From Balanoglossus misakiensis (lineage: Eukaryota > Animalia > Hemichordata), in the NCBI GenBank assembly GCA_040954595.2, contig CM082592.2, forward strand, positions 11,503,912 to 11,567,911: DNA of 64,000 bases, read 5' to 3'. Made by a program: the position numbers and the translations under genes. The notes under the pieces were generated by a model. That model saw nothing but the letters and a program-made list of their open reading frames with translations. It was not told the origin of the DNA and did no database searches. This document shows positions 36,801-49,900 of this stretch, in pieces (the first letter of the stretch is position 1; every line of letters begins with the position of its first letter).

Positions 36801-39800
36801 ACACAACTTCACACTCACCCATGCTTGTACAGCTGTATCTAACATTGACCATATTATGGCATAATTATGTACACTCTGTGACTTGAAATAACTTGCCGGC
36901 GGTCCTACAAACCTCATCACCATTCCACTATTCATCATCTACATGTCCAACTCCACCCACTACCACGTCGAGTATAACACTGGATAAAATATGGTTTTAA
37001 CTTTAATTACACGATCTACAAAACATGATTCACCATTCCTCCCATCTCTGCCTGTCCGTCTGCCTGCCTGTCAGCCTGTCTATCTATCCGTCTATATGTC
37101 CCTGTCTGTTATACTTCTCCCTCCCCTACGCATGCGTCAGTAAGCTGGCCATGAATAATCTGGAACAGTGCATGATGGATGGCCTGTCGCAGAAACAGTG
37201 TCCCCATAATTAATAACTGTCACTTTTCTTGGGAATTCGGGTACGCAACGGCGTCGGCCGTTTGTGAGCACAACTACTGTTCGAAAGGGTGTTTTGGGAA
37301 CTCATTGTGGCACTTTTTTGAGAAAGTCCGCGTCAATATGAAATGAGACGACCTTGTAGGTACTCGCAAAGGCAAGAGACTGATAAAGGGAGATAAACAT
37401 CTTGACGCAGAGTTTTTGTCACCCTTGTCTTTGAGAATCTGCCGCTTCCAGGCAATATTTGAAACAACTTCGGTTCATTTGGAAGAGAAGTGTACATAAT
37501 TATGTGTAACTCAGATAAGTAATCAGGCACACGGTAACCAGAAATGGTGTCACAGTGTGACGTAACCATGGATTAGGTAAAGTATTATGTATGCATCACA
37601 AAATCAAATGTTCAATGACCGTGGCTCATTTTTATCTCCCTTATCCTATTCTGATTCTTTCTCTCTGTTATACTTTCTCATTGAAAATCTTCAATAGCAT
37701 TGTCTGTTTTATGGCTATCATCTAGGTCGTGGCTTTATCTGAACCTGTGGAGACAAGAAGTTGGAGCGCTGTCGCCAGAAATTGAATGCATGACTACAGA
37801 AAGTTGGATTTCATGACAGCCTCAGTAAGCTATGACCCCTGACCTTTTCAACCTCATGATGTCGTGGGACAATAGTACGTTACACTGTCATATACAATAC
37901 GACACCGACAGCACGCGATCTCTTCTGTTGGCACGACACATCTGTCAATGTAAAGAGTTGCTTTGGACAAAATATCCACCATAAAAATCTACCAAATGTC
38001 ACGTGACAGTGGTCGATCGACGTCGTCAGCTTGGATAGGGATGAAACAAACTCAACCATTTGAAAGAAACAGAACAATACTGCGGCCCCCACTGCTGTCC
38101 GCAATCAACACGTTTTGCATAACTGTCAAGTGAAAGTCGAACTTTTGACACGAACAGGTGGTCGAATATACAGCGGATGTTAATTTCACGTGTTGTGAGA
38201 AATCGACGCTGCAGTGGAAATTTGCAAGAGATGCATGCATGTAATTTGTCGTAACATTTTGCGGTCGTCGTGGTTTATTATGCCAAAACGTTGTACATTC
38301 TGCGTTATGATAGATGCCTTTGGAATATGATGGAATGTCACCGGGGGGGGGGGCGAAGACATTGATGGTGCGCGTGTTAAATTTTAAAGTGGGGTTTGTT
38401 CATCTTTGGACCAGATCCTGGTCTTCGATCATTTGATCTTTGGTCCAAGACCGGTTAGGTGACATCGGGAAGAACGAAGTCAAGGCGGGTTATTCTGGTT
38501 TCTGCACAAAATACGCATGTCAGAGGCAGTCCAAAGAACATTTTAAGTTCGGTGCCTTCATTCTTAGAAGAAATGCGTTTCCTTTCCGTTTTCGTGACGC
38601 GCCTATGACGTCACGGGCATTTTAGCATGCATCGAAAGTTGCAATGCGGCACCAAGTCCTTTTCTTTAAATAAACAAACACGCGCACAAGACGACGGAAA
38701 GTGTAGACGGCGCAATGACTCGGTCGCCAAATGGCTGCGTCTGCGATTATACGCTTTTGGCAATTAGTCATGGTCTCGTTACCACGGTATCCAGTCATGC
38801 CTATATTCCCACTTACGGGCCAGTATCCACCCCCGGGGGTCAGAGTGCCCCCTCGGGTACAAATCCTCGATTCGTTCAGTCGAGAAACCCGTCCGGAATT
38901 TTGATCAGTTGTTGCCATGACAACAAGGGAGAGCTTCTGACTTCCAAATGCGGTTGGAGTAGACGTTATAGCTACACTTAAAAAGTGAGTGTGATTTACA
39001 AAACATACATAAAAACTTATCCGCTTGGAAAGACGTATGTTAGCACATTCACCAATAGCGGTCCTGATGCATGATTGACATATTCTTCCTGCGCATGCGT
39101 TTGCCACACTGTTCACGTGGCATTTCCCCTGAACATAATGTGCGAGTAGATATTACACGGATCCATCTGAAATGTTACTCCGTAAAGTTGCCATTGACAC
39201 AGTTGACAGATTTATTGTGAGCTCTTTCAAGTCGACACAGAATTCGGACTGTTTTTGAATGTTGATATAAAGGCGAGCGACGGTAGTTGTGCGGGTTATT
39301 TTTTCGGCTTTTTGGGTTATTTTAGTTATTTACAGCCTGGTTCGAGGTCAGTGTTTAGTAGTTTGGTTTTAAAAAAAACGGGCGGAAGGGATATTTTTGG
39401 GTATTCTATTGGCCCCGCGGTTGTCTAAATCCAAACCAAGGGCAGATGGTTCCTACTTTGACACTGTATACACGAGTTTACATGTCAGCTAAAAAAAACT
39501 TTTGGGCCGGTTGTCGGTTGTAGAGATCTCCGACTTTGCTGCATCGTGTCTTTGGTCATTGACTCTTGGTATTCATGGGATGCAGTGACCATGGTAACAT
39601 TTCCGTGAAATTTATCGTTCGTAAATAGCCTATAAAAGTGTAACAATACAGTGCCTACAGTTCCATCGTAAATATCAAGGGCGCAAAGATCGTTATATTT
39701 TTCGCAGTTCAACCATTTTTCTGTTTTCAGCAAAGAGTAGAAAAAGACACCGCTGGAGGACTGTGACTGTTCTATAAGCTGCGCGTGTGCGAGTACGGAA

Positions 39801-42800
39801 ATTACCACTTTTCCCCGAGCGCCTGGGCCGATAGCTGGGTCAAAGGTTATCGTCCAACAAACGGTGACGATTCTAATATTCGGTTTCGTCTCATCGCTGC
39901 ACAAAGAAGAGCTTCGGATAACGCGATAATGACAGTATAATTTTCACTGCTGGGGGTGATGAGTGCGTCGGATCTCCCGCTCATCGTTCACGCGCCAAAA
40001 GCCATCATCTTCACATTAGTTTACGGTCGACGTGTTCTTAAAGCGATACGCACGACAGACAAGCACGCAAGGAAATGATCGCTGCCCCAGGAAGCTCGGG
40101 GATATCGATTTAGATAACGCGTAGAAGCTCCCTGGAAGTTCTTTCAATTTCCTCTTCGTCGACATCTCGCAGCACGTTTTTTGTTTTCCTTTTTGTTTAA
40201 ACATCCATGTTTCAACGTCGTTACAGACTTTTTTTTTCTGATCGAAGGGCGAGCCAAATATCGTTAGCTATTTTGCTCGTATATATCTTCTGGGAATGAA
40301 GAACGCTGGGGAACGCGTCATCGCCATTGACTAACGCGTATCGCGCCGCCACTTCAAACAACATCGCCTCTTGAATCAATTTTCGGGGAAGATGATCCCT
40401 CTCCGCAAGCTAAACGATAAAATATACAACCAACTATATATGATTCATACTAATGGGGTCACGTGTCAGTCAGTCGGGGGGTTTTCACACAAAATTGAAC
40501 AAAATCGACAAGACCGCACCGATATGGGTTGCGTGTGAACCAAAATGCCGAGGATCCAACAACCTACGCACCACAACGCCGACCAACGCACTCAGACTGA
40601 CCGACCCCCGTCACCACCCTTGTACTAGGCCTGTCTGCCATGCTTGAAGGGAGGTGGAAGAGAACGTGTGGTTGATCAACAACACAGAAATACCGAACAG
40701 GATAGCCACAAGATACACCTACAAACACTTCACTTCAAAGAAACACAGTAATCTTCAAATTCGTACTTGTAGTAGATATAAGATAGTGATCGTTCTTTTT
40801 ACTGGGATGGCGGTATTACTTTACACACAAACTTCCAAACACGTGAAACGGACTGGGAATGTTATTACACGCTTACTCAATCAGGTATCGGTTTTGGCGA
40901 ATACAATTACACATCTCCAGGGATGGTCTCCTATCATGGGCGATTCATTCTTCCACATAGCTACAAAATATCCCAGAGATTTTACTGCACTGGGCAGAGA
41001 TGTAGTTTTGTTACACTCCAATAAACTGACAGCTGATTACATGGTTGTGCAGCACCGATGCTATATGACCGTGTACCGATACTTAATAAACATATCGAGA
41101 TTTCAGTTTGCAATAATACCATCGTCAGAACTGAACAACAATGATAAACGGAACATATTTAGATGTGTAGTCTGGGGAGAAGGTTATCTGGGTTTTTTTT
41201 ATCGGCGAACCCTCTAATCCACACGCGTGGCCTGGACTTACTGTAACTGTTTGACACGCTGAAACATTCGATGTTTTTTGGTGAATGGGCGTCTCTCTCT
41301 CTAGAGAGAGAGGAGGACTCCTGCAACCAAATCGCTTCACTTAAACGCAAATAGCAATCGCAGACAATGTGAAGAGTCACGTGGACGTTTGCAAGTAGAT
41401 TCGAATTGGCCGACGGTTGTCAGCATACTATTAAGTGCTCGCTCCATCAATGGCAAGAGAAATTTTCTTCCCCTTCTAACCCCTGGGAATCTAGTCTCTC
41501 TTAGTGTGGCCCAAGCATATTTCTCACATTTCTCTTCTCCCAGCATTCATGCTTTTAAACGAGAGGAAAAAATCACAATCAGAAATAAAACAATACGGCG
41601 GGGAAAGACTGGAAGCACGAAAAAGCAAGTCTCCATCAGAGGCAACTGAAAAAGGGTGGGAATTGCACTTTTGGTTTCGTGATAAGCTCGCGTGTAAAAC
41701 CATAAGTGAATGTATTGGAAAATCGCGTATGTGTCTAGTCTGTTTACATGTATGCTGTTCAATTTATTCTTGCACGATCGCGGCGACGGGTATGGTTGTG
41801 TTTTTTTTTTTTCCTTTTTCCGGCCCGGTGTGTTGGCAAAGAAACTAGATTAATATGATGAACGAAAGTAGGCCTCCAATGCACGAAATATTTTCCAGTG
41901 TTACTGCAGTGCCCTACCCTATGAGGGGGAGGGGATTTGCAACGGTTATGATTATTGTTATGGCGCCACCAATTGACATATTCATGAGAGTCAGTTTTCG
42001 GCAGATTGCGTCGTGCGATCTGTTTTGATATTCTGCTTCATATTGTCGGATTATTTTACGCGTGATTTTTAAAAGTGAACAAGGAATCGATTATTGTAAG
42101 CTGAAAAGGGATTCCGTTTGTTAAGAATTGAAAAGAACGAATTTTCTGTCGTTGTATAAGGACTTCGCGCAAGAGAGTCACCGTATTGTGCTAGTCAGTT
42201 GGCATAGTGTTTTAATTAAAATATTGGTGGCAGACCTGTCCTGCCTTTGAAACCAATCTGTAAACATATTGACTTCCACATCATCGGAGTTTTGTATTTT
42301 ATCATGTAATATATGGCTACTCTATCCTTCTAAGTGACAGCTCACTGAGCGGAGGGGGATTATAGCGCGGGCCAGCGACAGTATCCTGTGCAGACATAAA
42401 GAGCAGTCATGTCTGGCTAAAAACATCACAGTTTGTTCCATCAATAATTCATTTGCATGTTGACAGTTGCCCGTTTTCGGTCAGTTGTCGGAAGAAACTT
42501 TCCTGTCCGCGGAACATAGCCACTCCCTCCCACCTTCCGTTTGTGTTGTCAATCCGCTTTGCGAAGACAAACCCTGTATATAGCGTGTCTTTCCCGTTGG
42601 AAAGCAAAGTCCCCCTAAAAACCATTGATGAATCTGCCACAGAACATATTCCCTCTCTCGCTTTGTTTCTTTTGACATATTTCATCTTCCTTTCCTTTTC
42701 CCAGTCGCCAGGGGAGATAGCATCGTCATGGCAACCGGATGAGAGCGCTTAGACGGGCGTTTTATTCTAAGTATTTAATGCATTTTCAGAAAAGGGGAAG

Positions 42801-45800
42801 TGCTTCTTTCTCCTTGGGAGTTTGAAACTAGTAATTATCTCCTTTATTCTTTCCTTCAACTCCTGGCAAGCAGCGGGAATGTTCAGATGCCATTTTTTCG
42901 AAACACGCTTCTTTTTTTGTCAGAGTTAATACACAGCCTCGGCCCATTGACGCGTAACGGGCTAGCATCCTGTGCTTCTGAATTGCTTGACGATTTCTGT
43001 TGGCGGGACAGGTGAATAGTCTATCTCACACGGCGACGCTCTCCACACCTGCCAGTCAAACGAGCTTTCTTTCCCTGGCGCGGTGCGTTTTCACGGATGC
43101 CGTGGAACTCCAGCGGCGCGGCCATTGTTTCCGCGGCCCGCTAGAAGTGAAATCTTTTACCGAGGCAAGCGTTTGCACAGACACGCAAGTTGCAAGTTGA
43201 ACAAAACACGAAGCAATGTACATTTTCTCGGCAGGAGACGCCTATTTGCGCGTGAAAAGCATGTAATTGCCGCATTTTACACGGCCATTTTTCTCGCATG
43301 ATGATATCGCATTTGAATGTGTTCGCACCAGGGTACTGAGCGGACGGCCATTTCCTAGTGCCGTGCAAGAAAAATCGTGTGACGATGACATATCGAATTT
43401 CATGTCGATCAACACATCACGACACCCTTCACCGTGAAAAAACCTCAAGGCTATATCAAAATAATGTCCATTTCTCATGTAAACACACATTCAAGCTCTG
43501 TTAAATAACACGTGTACTAACCTGAGACTCATAGCTTGGCACAGGCTTCAACTAGGCCTATATCTGAAAAATTAAATAAAAATAACAATGGATTTAATTT
43601 TTATTGTAAATATAATTCTTCAGAACATCGACGACATAAAGAAAATCTCTTTAAATCATCCAGGTGTGACGTCAATTTTAATGTCTCTCTCTGTCTCTGT
43701 CTTTCTCTTTCTCTCCCTCCCCCTCTCCCTCCCTCCACATACACATACAAATACTGCCCCCCTGGATTGAAGGAATCATGGATGCACGTCGTCAACCTGG
43801 GCAAAGGGGTTATTGACATCAAACGCGACCCTGGCAAGCGCTGTAAAGATATGCCAATTGAATGTAGTGACCTACACATTAACATTATCGCTGCTATCCT
43901 TCCGAAGAGGAACAATGAGTTCAATAATACGAGACCAGATCAGGAACTGCCGAATAGTTCCAGATATAGTCTAGTCATGATGCTGGCTTTCAGAGCGGTA
44001 TAATCTAAATTCAATGAACAGATACACGGAAAAGTCCGACGGGTAGCATTAGTTGTTATCTGCTTATCGATCATCGGTTACTTGTTCTTATTGAGATGAA
44101 CATCTAAAGTTCAACAGCCTTCTATAATTAAATACATTGAGAGCTGTTGGGAGTTGGGGAAGGTCTTGAAATTTCGCAACAAAATTTGTCCCACAAAACA
44201 GGATGAATGCATGTGGGTCAAAATCACGACTGAGTGAACGTGTACGACGAACTTGTTAGCTGCAGGGGAAAGTTTTTCTAAAAAATGAAATAATGCTTTC
44301 CAGAAAACATGCAATATGGAAAATACACGGTGGGGAGTTCTTCATTGATAATTAGATTCATATCACGTTCTATATGCAAATGAGAGAAAGTGTGGTGAAC
44401 CAGCTGTGTCGCGATGGAATTGACGATAACACGGTTTGCCTGTGTGTTCTACACGCCGATACGGGATACAGGATGGACGGACAATTGTTAGGGAAAAAGT
44501 AAGGTCTTGTACAAAGTACTGTAACCAACAGTTCAGTTACACAAAATGAAGTAAAAAATATAAACTTTTATCTGGTAACACAATTTGAAAATTGTTTAGT
44601 TTAAGGAGAGAAAAAACTCTGTATAACATAATGAGTAACTTAGAAGTGATATTGTTGGCAATGGTTTTACGGATGGGAAAGTTCGTGGCCTCAAGAGAGT
44701 GGCATTTGGTGCGGTTCCGATCTGCTAAGGTAGACAATGACTTGCGATGGGTCACACATTGGTACATCAGGCAAACCAGTAATGTCTAATTTGCATGAAG
44801 ATGTATGTAACGTCATTGCCACCTTTATATGCAAATCGGCCATTTTGTCTTTCACCAAATATTTGGGAAAGTCATCAATGTCGAGACCAGGTGCTCGGAA
44901 GGTCTAACGACTTCTTCCAACACAACTATCCGCGACGCATTTTCCTATTTTTTCGAGCGAGCGAAAACCAACAGAAGCGAACGGCAATTGCCAAACTAAG
45001 AATTAATGGTCATCAGATTATGCGTCGGTGCAAATCCGAAGTATATGACGCGGAGGAGACGGGCTTTATGTAATTGAAATTGGAGTACGGTGTATCGTCA
45101 AATATGGCCGACATATTTTCTGTTCCATTTTTCGAGAGAGGTCAAACAGAAAAGGAAAAGCTGTATTTTCTGTACATGCATCGGGTGAGTGATAAGTTGA
45201 GAAATTGAAACGATACAGATGTTGAACAACATTGGGTTATGTGCCTTCGCACTGTAAAAGCTGGTTCCTATAGTTGCCTATTTCAATAGCACAATCAACA
45301 ATTACACATGAGTGGTAATGGAATGAAATTGCATTAATAAAACGCCTCTTGAAAAAAAATTGTCACGGCGGCAGGGGAGATTATACCAGTCCGTAATTAC
45401 ATCGGCAAACCCTTCTTTGTATTGAATCTCATTGTGATGAGTGGAATAAGCAACTCCTCGCATGCTGGTGACACTCGCTAGCCAACCTCTCTCCTCCCGC
45501 GGTTACCCTGGAAACGATTAAAATATTCCATCTATATCCGCAGACGGTGGGGATCACTTCTGCAACACCGCTCACGTTCTTAATCATATCAAAACGAACA
45601 ATAATGCATGAAGATTTATTTCCGCTTCCGTTTCGGGAGAGTTGAATAAACACACGATAAACCCAGGCGATGATAACCTAACGACGGTGGTTTACCGTCC
45701 ATCATTAGCTCTTCGGGGTTTTTGTGTGAATTGCCTCCGGCTGTGTCACTATTAAGACAATTTATTTCTTTTTGATCGCGAACGAGGATCAATTAAAAAC

Positions 45801-46045
45801 TGTCAACTTTTTTTCCGAAAAATAAATGTGATTGTTCATGTTAAAGCCTTTTTTATCGTTTAAATCGATGTGTTCCCTTTGTGGTCAAGACCACCCTTAG
45901 ATAGAGATATGAGTTTCAAATACACCGTGTTTGGAACAACACTGCGTGATCTCAATTAACAGTACGTCATACTCAGTGCGACACGCCACGAAGAGACATT
46001 GAAATTTGTTTTTAATTTCCTGTCATTTCCCTTTAAAGCGTTCAT

Positions 46046-46094
46046 CATTGCGGCAGACTCATCACTTCATTGCGGCAGACTCATCACTTCATTG
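46046..46094. repeat. 22-bp tandem duplication
   Basis: CATTGCGGCAGACTCATCACTT x2 followed by CATTG. Confidence 0.9.
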
Positions 46095-46917
46095 GTCTCA
46101 AGTTCCTATATTTCAAATCAACCAGACAGTACTGGTAAAAAACACAACTGCCCCACACACCAACAATCAGGATCGTCACACATGTCAGACTATGTTGACA
46201 AATAAAATACCAAACATTTTAACGTGCTATAGGTAATAGAACAAGAAATTGATGTACAAAATTCAAAATTACAGATAATGGAACTTGAATGTGACGAGTG
46301 GCGACCAGACCGGGACACACCTAGTAACGGATCGCAGGCCATTATGCTTGCCCCTTCATACTGTAAATAGATGGACTAATAATGAGCCCGCATCAGGGCT
46401 TCTCGTAGAACAATAATTGTCAGCAACTTCAAACGGGTCGTATTCCCCTTCATGATTCGCACAGGGAATTAAAAATCGAGACAAGTTTGTTGATGTATTA
46501 CCAAAGCTAAACACAAACAATTTATCATTTGCTCTCATTCACCGCGCGCGGCCACATAGGATATTCGAAAATTAATCAAAAATGATGAAATATTCTCGAA
46601 ATTATCGGCTAAATTATGACAGATAAAAGGAGAGAAGAAAACGGAAAACTTTTTAATCTCGTTCGGAGCATAATCCAGTTAAAAGATCACAAAAATAATA
46701 AGACAGGTCAAGTTATTGTTATGAAGTTTGGAATTGCCTGAGCTCTTTCTGCCCCTAGGGCACTCTTCATGGGCAACCAGACATCAATAAAGTAACCGTG
46801 TTGAGATTATTATTGAAAACTAATAGGTACAACGTGTTCCAAAAGGAATAGGATTTATTTAACAGACATTGACCCGTCGCTGAGTTTGAGACAACTTCAA
46901 GCAAAGAGGAGACAAGA

Positions 46918-46976
46918 GTGATGGTGATTTTGATGGTGGTGGTGATGATGGCGGTGATGATGATGATGATGATGAT
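46918..46976. repeat. (GAT/GGT)n trinucleotide microsatellite
   Basis: gtgatggtgattttgatggtggtggtgatgatggcggtgatgatgatgatgatgatgat. Confidence 0.85.
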
Positions 46977-49900
46977 CCTGGTCAAGTGATTGATCTCTTT
47001 GATTGATTGGTTGGTTAGTTGGCAATCGATCGCGTATAACGACAGAATGTTTGAAGTCAATACATGGGTTTATTCGTGCAAACAAATAACTTATGTATCT
47101 GAGAAGTTTTAGACGGGACAGATTAGTCGGTGGAGTCTGAGATACATTCTGATATTAACATTATGATCCGGCGATCAACTAGGCGATACTTGATATTCTT
47201 TGTCATCAATTTAAGTACCTGTACATAAATTTGGATAGACGCCACCTTCGCCCCCTCCAGATGAAGTATGTGACGTCACCGACGAGTAATAATTGGGCCA
47301 TAAACAAGAGGGATTTCAAATACTCGGTGCAATAACCATAATTATGATCGGGTTTCGTAGTTTCCGGCCGGCGATACCCCTATAGATGGAAATTTAATAG
47401 TCTCAGAAGAGTTCATCCAGAGATGGCAATCATGAACAATAGTGCAATGTGCGCACACGGGGGGAAACGACGAAGGTACAACTATCATTATCGGATTTGA
47501 GACATTCTCGCAAGCCAGAGCCGACCGTGTTTCCGCTCCGCGGAGCTACGCAAAAAACGGGCTCTGGCAGATTACAGTAGGGAACCCCGGAATTTAGGAC
47601 GTAGACTAATGAATTATTCATGAGAAACGACATTGGAATTAGCCAATCAGTAGTCGTTTTATACTGGATATCGCGAGCTCTTCGGCTGCTGTCAGCTTTA
47701 AATCCGCCATTTTGCACTGTCATTTAAATAAGTTATGCAGTTTTATGAGACGGGCTCTCTGATTGGTTCCTTTGTCTGGCTGCTGGAACTGACGCTGGGA
47801 TCCGCGAAAACCTTCCAAATCCACCACGGCCTGTTGGCGGTAGCGCGTAGCAGTTGCCGTAAACAGGTCGTGGTTTTACGACGATGATTTGAGAGGGAAC
47901 AACGCCTTTTTTTCTATTGCAAACGGAATTTTGAAAGGAGAAGGGTACATACTACAGAAATTCCCAGAGCAGAGTGTCCGTGGTCACACTATTATATCGT
48001 GAACTTGAAGTTGCTGGGTATTGATAATATGAAGGGTTTCGAGTCAGCAACTTGATGGAGACGACAACATTTGGAAATGGATGATGCAATTGTTGCCAGG
48101 GTTACAACACTTTTTGGGCTTCAGTGAGCGTGTTAATTACAATCAAACAGTTTTATGAACATTCCCAGTTGCATTTACGTTCATTCTGTTATCTTTCCAG
48201 TGTGTCGCCAGGATTTGTATGAAATTAATTTTGATCACTAATGTGGCGAAAACTTTGCGTCATCATCTCCCGCTAAACAGTGCTCATCGGTCGTCTGCTG
48301 GGCATTTGTTCATGAATATCTACGTTATTTTGGACACTGAGTTTAATACCCGTGATGAATAACGATGAAAGCAGTGCATCTAAGGACACGAGTAGGTTAT
48401 TTTTGCTAACACATTTTTCGACAAAAGCGTACAACAGTAAAGGGGTTAAACTATCCCAAGTGGCGTCATTTTAGTTCGAGTGCTTCGCGGAACACAGTTG
48501 GGGATTCGCTGTATAGGTTTCGTGCGAAAGAAACAGCGAAAATTGCTGCAAAATTTGCCTCAATTATTTGCATTATTACACTGAAGGGATGCCAGGAACT
48601 TTCGGTATTTGGCGGATTTGCTTTTAGCGCCGCTATTTCATTCGGCTTAAGCGGTCGAAATCTGGCGACAAATTGGGAAAATTGGCGAACGGAGGTCCGG
48701 TGTTAGACATCGAAATAACAGCGAGAAATCTCCGCCAACGGCATATTAACTCTCTGAGCTGAAGGGAAAACTAACACCCGCAGAACTCATCAACTCATCG
48801 TCAGATGGCATGATGAGAACCACCTTCCTACTACTTCGTGTACTCGACAATGTTTTGGTCTTTCAAGTAAAGCCAGTTTCTAGTACAATTTTTGTTGATG
48901 CCGGAGAGAAAAAAATACTATGTACATTAGGTCTGAATACAGTATGATACAACGACGTCACGTCATTGCTAGGCAACGTGGCGTGGTATTCGGTCCTGTC
49001 AGATTCCTCAGATTTGACCATATTGCGAATTTCTGTACCGCTGGTTGTACATATTGTGGACCAGGTTCGGGTTAATTAACTGGTGCCGTGATGTAAGGCT
49101 GCGACGTGGATATATGAAAGTGACGAGAAGATTTGAAAATTTAAATCAGAATACACCACGACGGGTTTATTGTCAACACCAATTTACTCTTCGTTCAAGG
49201 ACGCAGCGTCTGCTCAGTTTGAACTGCAAATTCTCATAAAAGAATCCATGAGGAAAATCATCGCCCCAAAATTTTCCTCGTACAAGAAACTTCACTATGC
49301 TAGTCAAGAGGAGGTGGAGGGGGATTCGTATTTCGTTTACTTGAAGTGGTTAAATACTCGACGGGGCTTACTCTCTGAAAAGTGTAGTCAGTTTGTTTAC
49401 GTGGCGAAGTGTGAGAGACGTAATTGTGATGAATCGGGCCACAATATGGCGTCTGACGACGTGCGATGTAGAAGATATTTTAATGGCGTGGACATGGCGT
49501 TTATTAACGCCTCGTCTTGTTCTACCTATCTGTCGTGTAAAACGTAGGCACGGATAGTGTGACGTGACGTATTGCATGTGTCTCACATGTAAGCATCGCC
49601 CACCACCACCACCACCGCCAACACTTTGTTTCATCAGTCGCTGCACTAACGGTGAAACACAGTCAGGCCGTTGCCGGTCTAGAAACCCGTCGTTAATTTG
49701 AATTTCTCATTTCCTGGCCTCGTCGCGACCCCCAAAACTCTCAAAAGACATTTGAAGGGATAACTTACTTGTCTTACTTGTATTGAACTTCTACCAACGG
49801 TGTACATGAGCTCCTATAACGACTGAGTGAAGTGAGACCCGCAATGCGTAAGAAGGTGAACCACGTGGATCGTACGTGACTTTAACGCACCTGTTGCACG

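Noticed and set aside
46046-46094. Direct repeat considered as a CRISPR-like array
   Set aside because: Only two abutting copies with no spacers, in a eukaryotic context.
46535-46550. CATTCACCGCG partial reverse match to miR-124
   Set aside because: The seed end does not match and no precursor hairpin is evident.
46767-47085. Poly-His/poly-Ile ORFs
   Set aside because: They are produced by the GAT/GGT microsatellite.
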